A stretch of 14,649 nucleotides of DNA, taken from assembly GCA_964391545.1 (NCBI GenBank), contig CAYMMR010000032.1:1-14649 (forward strand), read 5' to 3'. This document shows, one piece after another, positions 6,116-13,314 of this stretch (position 1 is its first letter; each line of letters opens with the position of its first letter). A program made the position numbers and the translations under genes. Under the pieces are notes generated by a model. That model did no database searches, was not told where the DNA came from, and saw only the letters and a list, made by a program, of their open reading frames with translations. This DNA is from an uncultured Nitrospinota bacterium. GTDB taxonomy: Bacteria > Nitrospinota > Nitrospinia > UBA9942.

Positions 6116-7596
6116 TTCTTCTCTATTGCCTTCTTATACAGTTCCAAATACTCCCTCGCAGAATGCCCCCATGAATAGTCCTCTCCCATAGCCTTAACCA
6201 TTAATTCCTTCCAATCGGGATGGACTCCGTAAACATCTACAGCCCTTTTAATCGCAGACAGCAGTTCCTTTGACGAATACTCTTTAAATTTAAACCCGTT
6301 TCCTGTCTTTTTTATAGGGTCGTAATTCTCGATGGTATCGTTCAGCCCTCCTGTTGCCCTCACAACCGGCACGGTTCCATATTTAAGGCTGTAAAGCTGG
6401 TTGAGCCCGCAGGGCTCGTATTTAGAAGGCATGAGAAACATATCCGCCCCCGCCTCGATTTTATGAGCCAGCGCATTATCGAAGCCGATCTTTATCCCTG
6501 CCTTTAACGGATATTTCTTTCCGATATCTTCAAAAATTTTTTGATATTTTTCCTTTCCTGTCCCGAGAAATATAAACTGGAGGTCGAGCCCCATCAGGTC
6601 GGCGATAACCTCCGTTACCAGATCAAACCCTTTCTGCTCATCCAAACGGGAGATAGCGGCTATAACGGGTATCTCTTTGGAGGGTGCGAGCCCGTATATA
6701 TCGAGCAAGTCTTTTTTACATTCCCACTTGCCCGACAGATCGTTTACCGAATATTTTGCGGCTAAATATCCATCTGTTTCAGGATTCCATTCTTCGTAAT
6801 CGATTCCGTTCAGGACGCCGCAAAGGTCGTCCTTTCTCTTTAGCAGGACACCGTCGAGCCCGCGTCCATACTCCTCTGTCTGTATTTCGAGGCTGTAGGT
6901 CTTGCTGACTGCCGTGATAATATCGGAATATAAGATGCCTCCTTTGAGAATATTTATCTTTCCATAAAACTCTATCCCCTCCGGTGTAAATATATCCCAC
7001 CCGAGATTTGTAAGGTGCATATCGAAATGCCAGAACAGCCCCTGATACCCTATATTGTGGACGGTGAAAAGGACTGCAGTATCTTTAAAAAACGGGTCGT
7101 TTTTATACAGCGTCTTCAAATAAACAGGCAGCATGCCCGTCTGCCAGTCATTGCAGTGAATAATATCGGGTTTAAATCCTATCGCCTTGCAGGCTTCAAG
7201 AACCGCCCTCGAAAAATATATAAATCTCTCTGCATTATCCGGATAATCCCCCTGCGGCGTTCCGTATAAATACTCCCTGTCGTAATACTCTTTTTTATCT
7301 ATAAAATATACAGGTATGCCTTTACTTGCCCCTTGCCCCCTGCCCCCTGCCTCTGAATTAATGTATCCTTTATATATCTTTGCCTCCTCGATTCTGTTCG
7401 ATATGGGAACGTTGATATTTTTGCCTGTATACTCAAGCCCGAATTTTTTCTCATCCACTATCTTATACTTCGGCATTATGGCGGCAACATCCTCGCCGAG
7501 TCTTTCGAGCGCCTTTGGCAGGGCGCCGGTTACATCTGCCAGTCCCCCGGTCTTTGCAAAGGGGACTATCTCGGGAGAGGATATAAGTATTTTCAT
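6097..7596 (-). CDS. glgA: Glycogen (starch) synthase, ADP-glucose type, GT5 family.
   Basis: MKILISSPEIVPFAKTGGLADVTGALPKAL has the hallmark KTGGL(A/G)DV N-terminus. Length 499 aa, with GT-B fold motifs throughout (…GFDNALAHKIEAGADMFLMPSKYEPCGLNQLYSLKYGTVPVV…). Confidence 0.93.
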   Translation of the reverse strand: MKILISSPEIVPFAKTGGLADVTGALPKALERLGEDVAAIMPKYKIVDEKKFGLEYTGKNINVPISNRIEEAKIYKGYINSEAGGRGQGASKGIPVYFIDKKEYYDREYLYGTPQGDYPDNAERFIYFSRAVLEACKAIGFKPDIIHCNDWQTGMLPVYLKTLYKNDPFFKDTAVLFTVHNIGYQGLFWHFDMHLTNLGWDIFTPEGIEFYGKINILKGGILYSDIITAVSKTYSLEIQTEEYGRGLDGVLLKRKDDLCGVLNGIDYEEWNPETDGYLAAKYSVNDLSGKWECKKDLLDIYGLAPSKEIPVIAAISRLDEQKGFDLVTEVIADLMGLDLQFIFLGTGKEKYQKIFEDIGKKYPLKAGIKIGFDNALAHKIEAGADMFLMPSKYEPCGLNQLYSLKYGTVPVVRATGGLNDTIENYDPIKKTGNGFKFKEYSSKELLSAIKRAVDVYGVHPDWKELMVKAMGEDYSWGHSAREYLELYKKAIEKKGSRVK

Positions 7597-7601
7597 AAAT
7601 T

Positions 7602-7665
7602 AAGGGGTCAAGGGGTCGAGTGAAAATCTAAACGAACCCTTGAACCCTCGAACCCGCGAACCCTT
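7602..7665. repeat. Imperfect hairpin of GGGGTCAAGG / GAACCC modules between the glgA start and the galT-like stop.
   Basis: aaggggtcaaggggtcgag ... gaacccttgaaccctcgaacccgcgaaccctt. The reverse complement of the right arm matches the left arm in about 15 of 19 positions. Confidence 0.55.
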
Positions 7666-7670
7666 CTCCA

Positions 7671-8669
7671 TCATATCTCCGCTTCTCTCAGATACTTTGC
7701 CGCAATCTCCGGCGGCGTGGGATTTATATAAAATCCCGTCCCCCATTCGAATCCTGCCACCTGCGTCAATTTCGGCATTATCTCTATATGCCAGTGATAA
7801 TACTCATTATGCTGCTCTGCCATCGGCGAGGTATGTATCACCAGATTGTAGGGCGGATGATTAAGGGTCTTTCCGATTCTTAAAAGGGTCTCCTTTAATA
7901 TCCCCGATAAAAATTCGAATTCATGCTTCTGCGAGTCTTCGAAGGAAGAATCATGCGCCTTCGGAAGTATCCATGTCTCGAAGGGAAACCTCGGCGCAAA
8001 GGGCGAAAGGACGATAAAATCCGGATTTTCGCTTATAACACGGGTGCCGTCGGACATCTCCTGCCGTATAATATCGCAGAATACGCATCTCTCCTTAAAT
8101 TTGTAGTGATTGAGAGAGCCGTCCAGTTCTTCGCCGACCAGCTTCGGTATGATAGGCAGCGCAATAAGCTGGGAATGCGTATGCTCGAGGGATGCGCCTG
8201 CCTCCTGTCCGTGGTTTTTAAATATAAGTATGTATTTAAACCTCTTATCTTTTCTTAAATCCATGACCCTGTCCCTGAATGCCCAGAATATATCCTCTAT
8301 CCCTCTTTCCGACATGCTCTCCAATGTGGCTTTATGGTCGGGGGTCTCTATTATTACTTCATGCGCGCCTATGCCGTTCATCTTATCGAATATGCCTTCT
8401 CCAACCTTATCGAGCCCCCCCTCTATCTGAAGCGCCGGAAATTTATTCGGCACAACCCTAAGCTTCCAGCCGCTCTTATTGGAAGAGGAGCCGTCGGAGC
8501 GGTAGGCAAGAACCTCGGGCGGCGTTTTGTCCTCGTTGCCGAAACAAAAAGGGCAGAATCTGTTGTTTTCTTTAGGCGGCGGCACTGTAAAATCGGTAGG
8601 CCTCTTGCCTCTATCCGTAGATATTATAACCCACCTTCCAACGATAGGGTCTTTTCTAAGCTCTGGCAT
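7671..8669 (-). CDS. GalT-family (HIT superfamily branch III) hexose-1-phosphate nucleotidyltransferase / NDP-glucose phosphorylase.
   Basis: Alignable by eye to E. coli GalT: CPFCFGNE Zn motif (CFLCAGN), HEVIIETPDH (RVICFSPDH), FKNHGQEAGASLEHTHSQL with the HxHxQ active site (HPHGQ), FETWILPKAH (FETLLLPKAH), HWHIEIMP. AAGGAG SD 6 nt upstream of the ATG. Confidence 0.88.
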   Translation of the reverse strand: MPELRKDPIVGRWVIISTDRGKRPTDFTVPPPKENNRFCPFCFGNEDKTPPEVLAYRSDGSSSNKSGWKLRVVPNKFPALQIEGGLDKVGEGIFDKMNGIGAHEVIIETPDHKATLESMSERGIEDIFWAFRDRVMDLRKDKRFKYILIFKNHGQEAGASLEHTHSQLIALPIIPKLVGEELDGSLNHYKFKERCVFCDIIRQEMSDGTRVISENPDFIVLSPFAPRFPFETWILPKAHDSSFEDSQKHEFEFLSGILKETLLRIGKTLNHPPYNLVIHTSPMAEQHNEYYHWHIEIMPKLTQVAGFEWGTGFYINPTPPEIAAKYLREAEI

Positions 8670-8717
8670 ATAAGTCTCCTTATTTAAAGATTACCTGACT
8701 ACCATTCACGAATAATA

Positions 8718-8736
8718 TGTGATATATTTTATCACA
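8718..8736. promoter_or_regulatory. Perfect 7-bp inverted repeat TGTGATA-N5-TATCACA in the divergent galT-like / PAS-kinase intergenic region. Candidate transcription-factor operator.
   Basis: tgtgatatattttatcaca. The half-sites resemble the TGTGA/TCACA class (CRP/FNR-like) but with non-canonical spacing. Confidence 0.35.
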
Positions 8737-8757
8737 AAAATGAAGTCTTAATGCAAT

Positions 8758-8823
8758 AATAGTTAAGTTGTTGAGTGGTTGAGTTGTTAAACTACTCAAC
8801 TACTTAACAACTCAACTATTTAA
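8758..8823. repeat. Imperfect palindrome of GTTGAGT / ACTCAAC modules upstream of the PAS histidine kinase.
   Basis: atagttaagttgttgagtggttgagttgtt aaa ctactcaactacttaacaactcaactattt. Confidence 0.6.
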
Positions 8824-8835
8824 ACCCACTAATCG

Positions 8836-10356
8836 ATGAAAAAGGCGAAGGAATTAAAAATCTTAACGGACAAATTAGACCGGTCTTTAAAAGAGATAGC
8901 GGGACTAAAGACAAAGCTGGAGGAGTCCGAAAGGAGGTACTATGACCTCTATGAAAATGCGCCGGATATGTATCATACAATAAATACTAAAGGCATAATA
9001 ATTGACTGCAATAAAACAGAGGCAGAGGCATTGGGATATTCGAAGGAAGAGCTCATAGGACGGTCCGTGCTGAATATTCAGACGGAAGAATCTAAAAAAA
9101 TAGGAAAGGCCGCCATGAAAAAACTCTTTTACGCCGGAAAGGTAAAGGGGCTCGAACTCCAGTTTATAAAGAAAAACGGCGAGGTAATGGATGTCAGCAT
9201 AAACGCCACTGTTATATACGATAAAAACGGAAAACCTGCCGGCACAAGATCGGTAATCAGGGATATTACAAAGAAAAAGAGGATGGTGGAAATAATTAAA
9301 AACTCCAGACGCGAACTGCAGGCAACAATAGACGCCATAACGGATGGAATATGCCTGCTGGATAGGGCGTTTAGAATAGAACGGATAAATAAAAGCATGG
9401 CGGGGCTTTTCGGCAAATCACCCGTAGAGTTTATCGGCAAAAAATGCTATACTGTTTTCGAAAACAGGGAAAAGGTATGCGAGGGGTGCAAAATTATGGG
9501 AACATTTACCTCCGGAGAACCTGTGATTTATAACGATATTAAAAATATCGGCTACGGCACATCGCTCGAAGTTGAAATATCGGTATTCCCCGTTAAAGGC
9601 AATAAAAAAAAGGTGGAACAGGTGGTCTATTATATGAAAGATATAACGGAAAAGAGGAGGCTGGAGAGAGAGCTTGAGTATTCCAAAATCATGGCTTCGC
9701 TGGGTGAAATGGTAACAGGCGTCGCCCACGAGATAAGAACGCCGCTTCAGAACATACTTACGGGCATAGACCTTTTGGAATCCGAGGCAAAAAAGAAGGA
9801 TTTGAATCTTGAGGTGGCGGAGAATTTGAGAGATTTTGCAATTGATATGAACTATATCGTTCAGGAGCTTTTAGATTTCTCAAAGCCGGTAAAACTCGAA
9901 ATCGAGGAAAGGGATGTAACGGATATTATCGACGAAACGATAAAATATTTCAACCCGCGGATGAAGAAATGTAATATAATCGTATCCAGAAAATACAGCC
10001 GTCCGATAAAAAAGACATCTATAGATGTAAGGAGGATAAGGCATGTCTTCTTAAATATAATCGAGAATTCCATTAATGCCATGCCCGATGGCGGGGAAAT
10101 TACCGTGTCGGCCGAACCGTATTATGATAATAAGGGGGAATTTATCATAATAGTATTTTCCGATACGGGCCGCGGCATAGCCTCAAAAAACATCGGCAAG
10201 GTGTTCAATCCTTTTTTTTCAACGAGGACGGAGGGGATAGGGATGGGGCTTGCAGTGGCAAAAAAATTCATCAAGCTGCACAACGGCGAGATTAACATAA
10301 CCAGTAAAGAAGGGAAGGGATGCGAGGTAACGATATTACTGCCGGTAAAGAAGTAG
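8836..10356 (+). CDS. Cytoplasmic sensor histidine kinase with coiled-coil-PAS-PAS-HisKA-HATPase_c architecture.
   Basis: PAS1 YYDLYENAPDMYHTINTKGIIIDCNKTEAEALGYSKEELIGRSV. PAS2 carries an unusual C-x10-C-x2-C (CYTVFENREKVCEGCKIMG). H-box VTGVAHEIRTPLQNI. G-boxes FSDTGRGIASKNIGKVFNPFFST…GMGLAVAKKFIKLHNGEI. Confidence 0.88.
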   Translation: MKKAKELKILTDKLDRSLKEIAGLKTKLEESERRYYDLYENAPDMYHTINTKGIIIDCNKTEAEALGYSKEELIGRSVLNIQTEESKKIGKAAMKKLFYAGKVKGLELQFIKKNGEVMDVSINATVIYDKNGKPAGTRSVIRDITKKKRMVEIIKNSRRELQATIDAITDGICLLDRAFRIERINKSMAGLFGKSPVEFIGKKCYTVFENREKVCEGCKIMGTFTSGEPVIYNDIKNIGYGTSLEVEISVFPVKGNKKKVEQVVYYMKDITEKRRLERELEYSKIMASLGEMVTGVAHEIRTPLQNILTGIDLLESEAKKKDLNLEVAENLRDFAIDMNYIVQELLDFSKPVKLEIEERDVTDIIDETIKYFNPRMKKCNIIVSRKYSRPIKKTSIDVRRIRHVFLNIIENSINAMPDGGEITVSAEPYYDNKGEFIIIVFSDTGRGIASKNIGKVFNPFFSTRTEGIGMGLAVAKKFIKLHNGEINITSKEGKGCEVTILLPVKK

Positions 10357-10568
10357 TGTCAAAGTGTCAGAGTGTCAAAGTTTTAAACTAATGGATAGTC
10401 CCACAAATAGCTTTACCATAGTTTGTCATTCTCGCGAAAGCGGGAATCCAGTAAAATCAAAGACTGGATTCCGCATCGAGTGCGGAATGACAGTAAAGGA
10501 ACTTTAGAGACACTCTACTAACTATGACACTTTGATACTTTGATACTCTGACACTGCTTTGAGGTTTT
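10356..10568. repeat. Complex nested palindromic element between the HK and RR genes. Outer inverted arms are made of GTGTCAAAG modules. The inner 67-nt core is symmetric and can fold into a four-way junction.
   Basis: Outer left arm 10356-10380 gtgtcaaagtgtcagagtgtcaaag. Outer right arm 10525-10555 tgacactttgatactttgatactctgacac. Inner core 10425-10491 GTCATTC-tCGCgaaaGCGgga-ATCCAG-taaaatcaaaga-CTGGAT-TCCGCAtcgagTGCGGA-ATGAC. Confidence 0.65.
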
Positions 10569-10961
10569 ATGGACAAAGGCTCTATATTAATCGTGGATGA
10601 TGAGGATTTTGCAAAGAGCGGGCTTGCAAAAATTCTTGCGGAAGAGGGGTTTTCCGTTCATACTGCCGATGACGGAAAATCCGCACTGTCGGAAACAAAA
10701 AACAGAAGATTCGATTTGATTATAACCGACATAAAAATGCCTGAACTGGACGGCATAGAGCTTACAAGAAGCCTGAAGAAAAAAAATCCCAACCAGCATA
10801 TTATCGTTATGACCGCATACGGTAATATCGATTCTTATCTCGAGGTAATGAATTTAGGCTCCTTCGATTATATTCATAAGCCCTTCACTGCAAAGGAATT
10901 GCTGAGAATAGTAAACAAGGTATTTGAAGAGATAAAGGAGAAAGAATTTGACACAACATGA
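10569..10961 (+). CDS. Stand-alone response-regulator receiver domain (CheY-like), partner of the PAS histidine kinase.
   Basis: ILIVDDEDF, phospho-acceptor LIITDIKMPELDG, IVMTAYGN and YIHKPF motifs. GAGG SD 6-7 nt upstream. Confidence 0.88.
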   Translation: MDKGSILIVDDEDFAKSGLAKILAEEGFSVHTADDGKSALSETKNRRFDLIITDIKMPELDGIELTRSLKKKNPNQHIIVMTAYGNIDSYLEVMNLGSFDYIHKPFTAKELLRIVNKVFEEIKEKEFDTT

Positions 10962-10965
10962 GTGA

Positions 10966-11031
10966 ATTGATATAGTGTTAAGTAGTCGAGTGGTTAAACA
11001 ACTCAACAACTTAACTAAAATGGAGGTTAAA
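10966..11031. repeat. Imperfect hairpin of GTTAAGT / ACTCAAC modules between the RR stop and the tatA start.
   Basis: gttaagtagtcgagtggtt aaa caactcaacaacttaac. It uses the same module family as 8758-8823. Confidence 0.55.
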
Positions 11032-11250
11032 ATGTTTGGAATAGGAATGCCCGAGCTGATTGTTATTCTGGTTATTATTCTGATAATATTTGGCGCAGGC
11101 AAGCTTCCCGAGATAGGCGCAGGACTCGGAAGGGGCATAAAGAATTTCAAGAAGGCAACCAAAGAAGTTCAGGATGAGGTTGAGACAACTGCAAAAATCG
11201 AAGAAGAAACAGCCAAAGCAGAGCCTAAGGCCGACGCAAAAAAGGCATAG
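11032..11250 (+). CDS. tatA: Twin-arginine translocase subunit TatA/E.
   Basis: [42 protein letters not shown] is the canonical TatA TM-hinge-amphipathic-helix signature (compare E. coli [42 protein letters not shown]). GGAGG SD 5 nt upstream. The track ORF starts 57 nt earlier, inside the palindrome. Confidence 0.9.
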   Translation: MFGIGMPELIVILVIILIIFGAGKLPEIGAGLGRGIKNFKKATKEVQDEVETTAKIEEETAKAEPKADAKKA

Positions 11251-11257
11251 ACTGATA

Positions 11258-11340
11258 ATAGGTAAAGAGGCAAAGAGGTTAAGAGGCTAAAAGGTAAAGG
11301 CAATGCCCCTTGACCTCTTTGCCTTTTAACCTTTTTACCT
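11258..11340. repeat. Imperfect palindrome of AGGNNAAG modules between the convergent tatA and REC-GGDEF genes. Likely bidirectional terminator region.
   Basis: Left modules aggtaaag aggcaaag aggttaag aggctaaa aggtaaagg. Centre caatgcccc. Right arm ttgacctctttgccttttaacctttttacct is the reverse complement of the same modules and is T-rich at its 3' side. Confidence 0.55.
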
Positions 11341-12277
11341 ATTCACCCCTCAAGTCCTTCACATACTTGCTCCCTTTAAGCGATTTGGCATACTTCTTTA
11401 AATCCGCGGCAATGGCGCTTGCCTCTCCGAGGTGGTTTATCTTTCTCTTTTCGTTCGTCACCACTGCGACAGAGATAGTCATAATCGGGAATCTCTCCTT
11501 TTCCCCTTTTCTATTCACTGAATCCATATATCCTCTCACCCTGTCCTCCTCGTCATAAAAGGTGGTTATCAAGAGGTCAAAGTATTTAATAATCTGCCTG
11601 CATGCGCTTTCTACAAGCTCAACCGGCACTATGAATACAAAATCATCGCCGCCTACATGCCCGACAAATGTATCCGGGCAATTTAACTCCCTGACGGCAT
11701 TTGTTACGACACGGGCTGTCATTCTTAGTATCTCGTCGCCCCTGCTAAAACCGTATTTGTCATTATATGGCTTGAAATTATCGAGGTCTATGTAGGCAAG
11801 GGCAAACTTTTTATTCAAATCAACCCTCTTTTGCCCCTCTTTCATAATAGAGTTATTGCCCGGCAGGCGGGTAAGGGGATTGGCATCCAGTTCTCTTGCC
11901 GCTCTTGAAAAAGAAAGAGAAACCCTTAAGGTTAAGTCGTCGGAATTAAGAGGTTTTATAATATAATCGTCTGCCGGAATGGAGTCCCAGACGATTTTAC
12001 CCCGTTCAAATCCGGATGGTATAAGCAGTATCACAGGAAGGTGTCCATATACGGTATCGGACTTTAATTGACGGCAGAGTTCATCCCCTTTTATAGAGGG
12101 CATTTCAATGGCAATTATTATCAAATCCGGAGGCTCGTTGTATATTGCATCGAGCGCATTTTTACTGTCTTCCGTATAATACGCAAGATAGCCCTTTTCC
12201 CCGAGAGTGTTCCGAATAAATTCTGCGGTTCGAGAATCGTCATCTATTATTAAAATTCTCTTTTTACTTTCGGACAT
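11339..12277 (-). CDS. Response regulator with REC plus GGDEF (diguanylate-cyclase) domain. The active-site motif is GGDDF rather than GG(D/E)EF.
   Basis: REC: ILIIDDD, LIIIAIEMPSIKG, IIKPL. GGDEF domain: ALAYIDLDNFKPYNDKYGFSRGDEIL ... TFVGHVGGDDFVFIVP. Confidence 0.88.
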   Translation of the reverse strand: MSESKKRILIIDDDSRTAEFIRNTLGEKGYLAYYTEDSKNALDAIYNEPPDLIIIAIEMPSIKGDELCRQLKSDTVYGHLPVILLIPSGFERGKIVWDSIPADDYIIKPLNSDDLTLRVSLSFSRAARELDANPLTRLPGNNSIMKEGQKRVDLNKKFALAYIDLDNFKPYNDKYGFSRGDEILRMTARVVTNAVRELNCPDTFVGHVGGDDFVFIVPVELVESACRQIIKYFDLLITTFYDEEDRVRGYMDSVNRKGEKERFPIMTISVAVVTNEKRKINHLGEASAIAADLKKYAKSLKGSKYVKDLRGE

Positions 12278-12297
12278 TGCTTAAAGGAAGTAACCAC

Positions 12298-13161
12298 TCA
12301 ACTGCTTTTTTGTTCATTAGCTGCGGCAAACATGGAGTCGTCAATATTCTCGAGGCTTTCTTCCATATCTCCGATAATCTCTTCGAGTATTTCCGGGGTA
12401 ATCTTCAGGCTCTCCCATGCCGCCTTATCTATTAAGGGGACGAGACTGTCGCCGCTGAATCCAAACCCCTTTGCCCTGATAAGAATATCGGACAAATGTG
12501 TCATGGCTGTCTGCCTCGGGGCAAACCTCGCCAGATGAGGCTGATGATGGTAGGCAATCGGGTCCGAAAGGTTTTTAGGCAGATTCCATTTTTCGCAGAG
12601 CCAGCTTCCGACAGTTGCGTGGGTAAAATCAAAAATCTTCATCTCCGCCTCATACATGGAGATATTTTTATCGCCGACCATTTTCTCTATATTTCCAGAT
12701 TCCTCGGGCATCTCCAATTTAATGACAACCTTGCCGAAATCATGCAGAAGAGCCGCAACGGATACCTCTTCCGGTTCGGGCTGATTCAATTTTCTTGCAA
12801 TGGCGCCTGCAGTCATTGCGCATCCAAGAGAATGCTTCCAGAGGTCAACCATGCCTTTGCTCATCATGATGTCGAAGACAGAAGTGCTTAATACCAGCCC
12901 CTTAACCACATTGAAACCCAGCAGCACGAGCCCGTGGGTTACATTGGATATCCTGCCGGGAAATCCATAAAAAGCGGAATTTATAAGCCTCAATACCTTT
13001 GCAGATAGTATCTGGTCGCTGGATATGATCTTTCCAACCTCTTCTGCGGATGTAGAAGAACTCTCCACCATAAGGCTTATTTTCTGAATAACGCCGGGGA
13101 GGGTGGGGAGATTCTTCAATTCCTCGATTCTTCTCCTGATTTTGCTTTTTTCTAAACTCAT
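12298..13161 (-). CDS. HDOD-domain (HD-related output domain) signalling protein, co-operonic with the REC-GGDEF gene across a 20-nt gap.
   Basis: LPTLPGVIQKISLMVESSSTSAEEVGKIISSDQILSAKVLRLINSAFYGFPGRISNVTHGLVLLGFNVVKGLVL is the HDOD signature, followed by a degenerate HD-like region (ALLHDFGK...). Confidence 0.82.
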   Translation of the reverse strand: MSLEKSKIRRRIEELKNLPTLPGVIQKISLMVESSSTSAEEVGKIISSDQILSAKVLRLINSAFYGFPGRISNVTHGLVLLGFNVVKGLVLSTSVFDIMMSKGMVDLWKHSLGCAMTAGAIARKLNQPEPEEVSVAALLHDFGKVVIKLEMPEESGNIEKMVGDKNISMYEAEMKIFDFTHATVGSWLCEKWNLPKNLSDPIAYHHQPHLARFAPRQTAMTHLSDILIRAKGFGFSGDSLVPLIDKAAWESLKITPEILEEIIGDMEESLENIDDSMFAAANEQKSS

Positions 13162-13180
13162 TTTATTTATAAAAACACCG

Positions 13181-13314
13181 GAACACGAATTACACTAATA
13201 TACGAATGGCACGAATAAAAAAATCGAAATTGAGGCAATTTTTTAATTTTAATCTTTGATTTTTAATCTTTGATTTTCATTCGTGTAATTCGTCCATTCG
13301 CGCTATTCGTGTTC
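13181..13314. repeat. About 35-bp inverted repeats of ACGAAT(A/G) modules flanking a roughly 60-bp AT-rich spacer with a tandem 13-mer (ttttaatctttga x2).
   Basis: Left arm gaacacgaattacactaatatacgaatggcacgaat. Right arm attcgtgtaattcgtccattcgcgctattcgtgttc, whose reverse complement shares the outer 10 and inner 6 nt with the left arm. Direct repeat at 13246-13271. Confidence 0.55.

Noticed and set aside
6541-7603. Five short ORFs overlapping glgA on both strands
   Set aside because: They are shadow ORFs. glgA is unambiguous.
7640-8687. Plus-strand ORFs (60-117 aa) overlapping the galT-like gene
   Set aside because: They are shadow ORFs.
9129-10082. Three minus-strand ORFs (73-103 aa) inside the PAS kinase
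   Set aside because: They are shadow ORFs antisense to a confident CDS.
10425-10491. tRNA-like cloverleaf: 7-bp closing stem, three hairpins, and a T-loop-like ATCGAGT
   Set aside because: The D-like and anticodon-like loops are the wrong size (3-4 nt and 12 nt). The structure is two-fold symmetric, consistent with a DNA palindrome rather than a tRNA. There is no CCA or identity elements.
10425-10491. Identity with neisserial dRS3 / Correia-type repeats (ATTCCC-N8-GGGAAT)
   Set aside because: There is only a loose resemblance (ATTCTC-N8-GGGAAT). GC content and context are wrong for Neisseria, so this is most likely a chance or convergent palindromic motif. It is kept as a remark, not a call.
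10975-11031. ORF-track N-terminal extension of tatA ([19 protein letters not shown])
   Set aside because: It is translated palindrome. The GGAGG SD sits inside it, 5 nt before the MFGIG ATG that begins the canonical TatA sequence.
10587-11162. Minus-strand ORFs of 70 and 102 aa over the receiver and tatA genes
   Set aside because: They are antisense to two short but strongly motif-supported genes (REC, TatA), and the TatA hydrophobic helix produces a spurious antisense ORF.
11310-12253. Plus-strand ORFs (61-82 aa) overlapping the REC-GGDEF gene
   Set aside because: They are shadow ORFs.
12332-12891. Plus-strand ORFs (68 and 131 aa) inside the HDOD gene
   Set aside because: They are shadow ORFs. 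The HDOD signature is clear on the minus strand.
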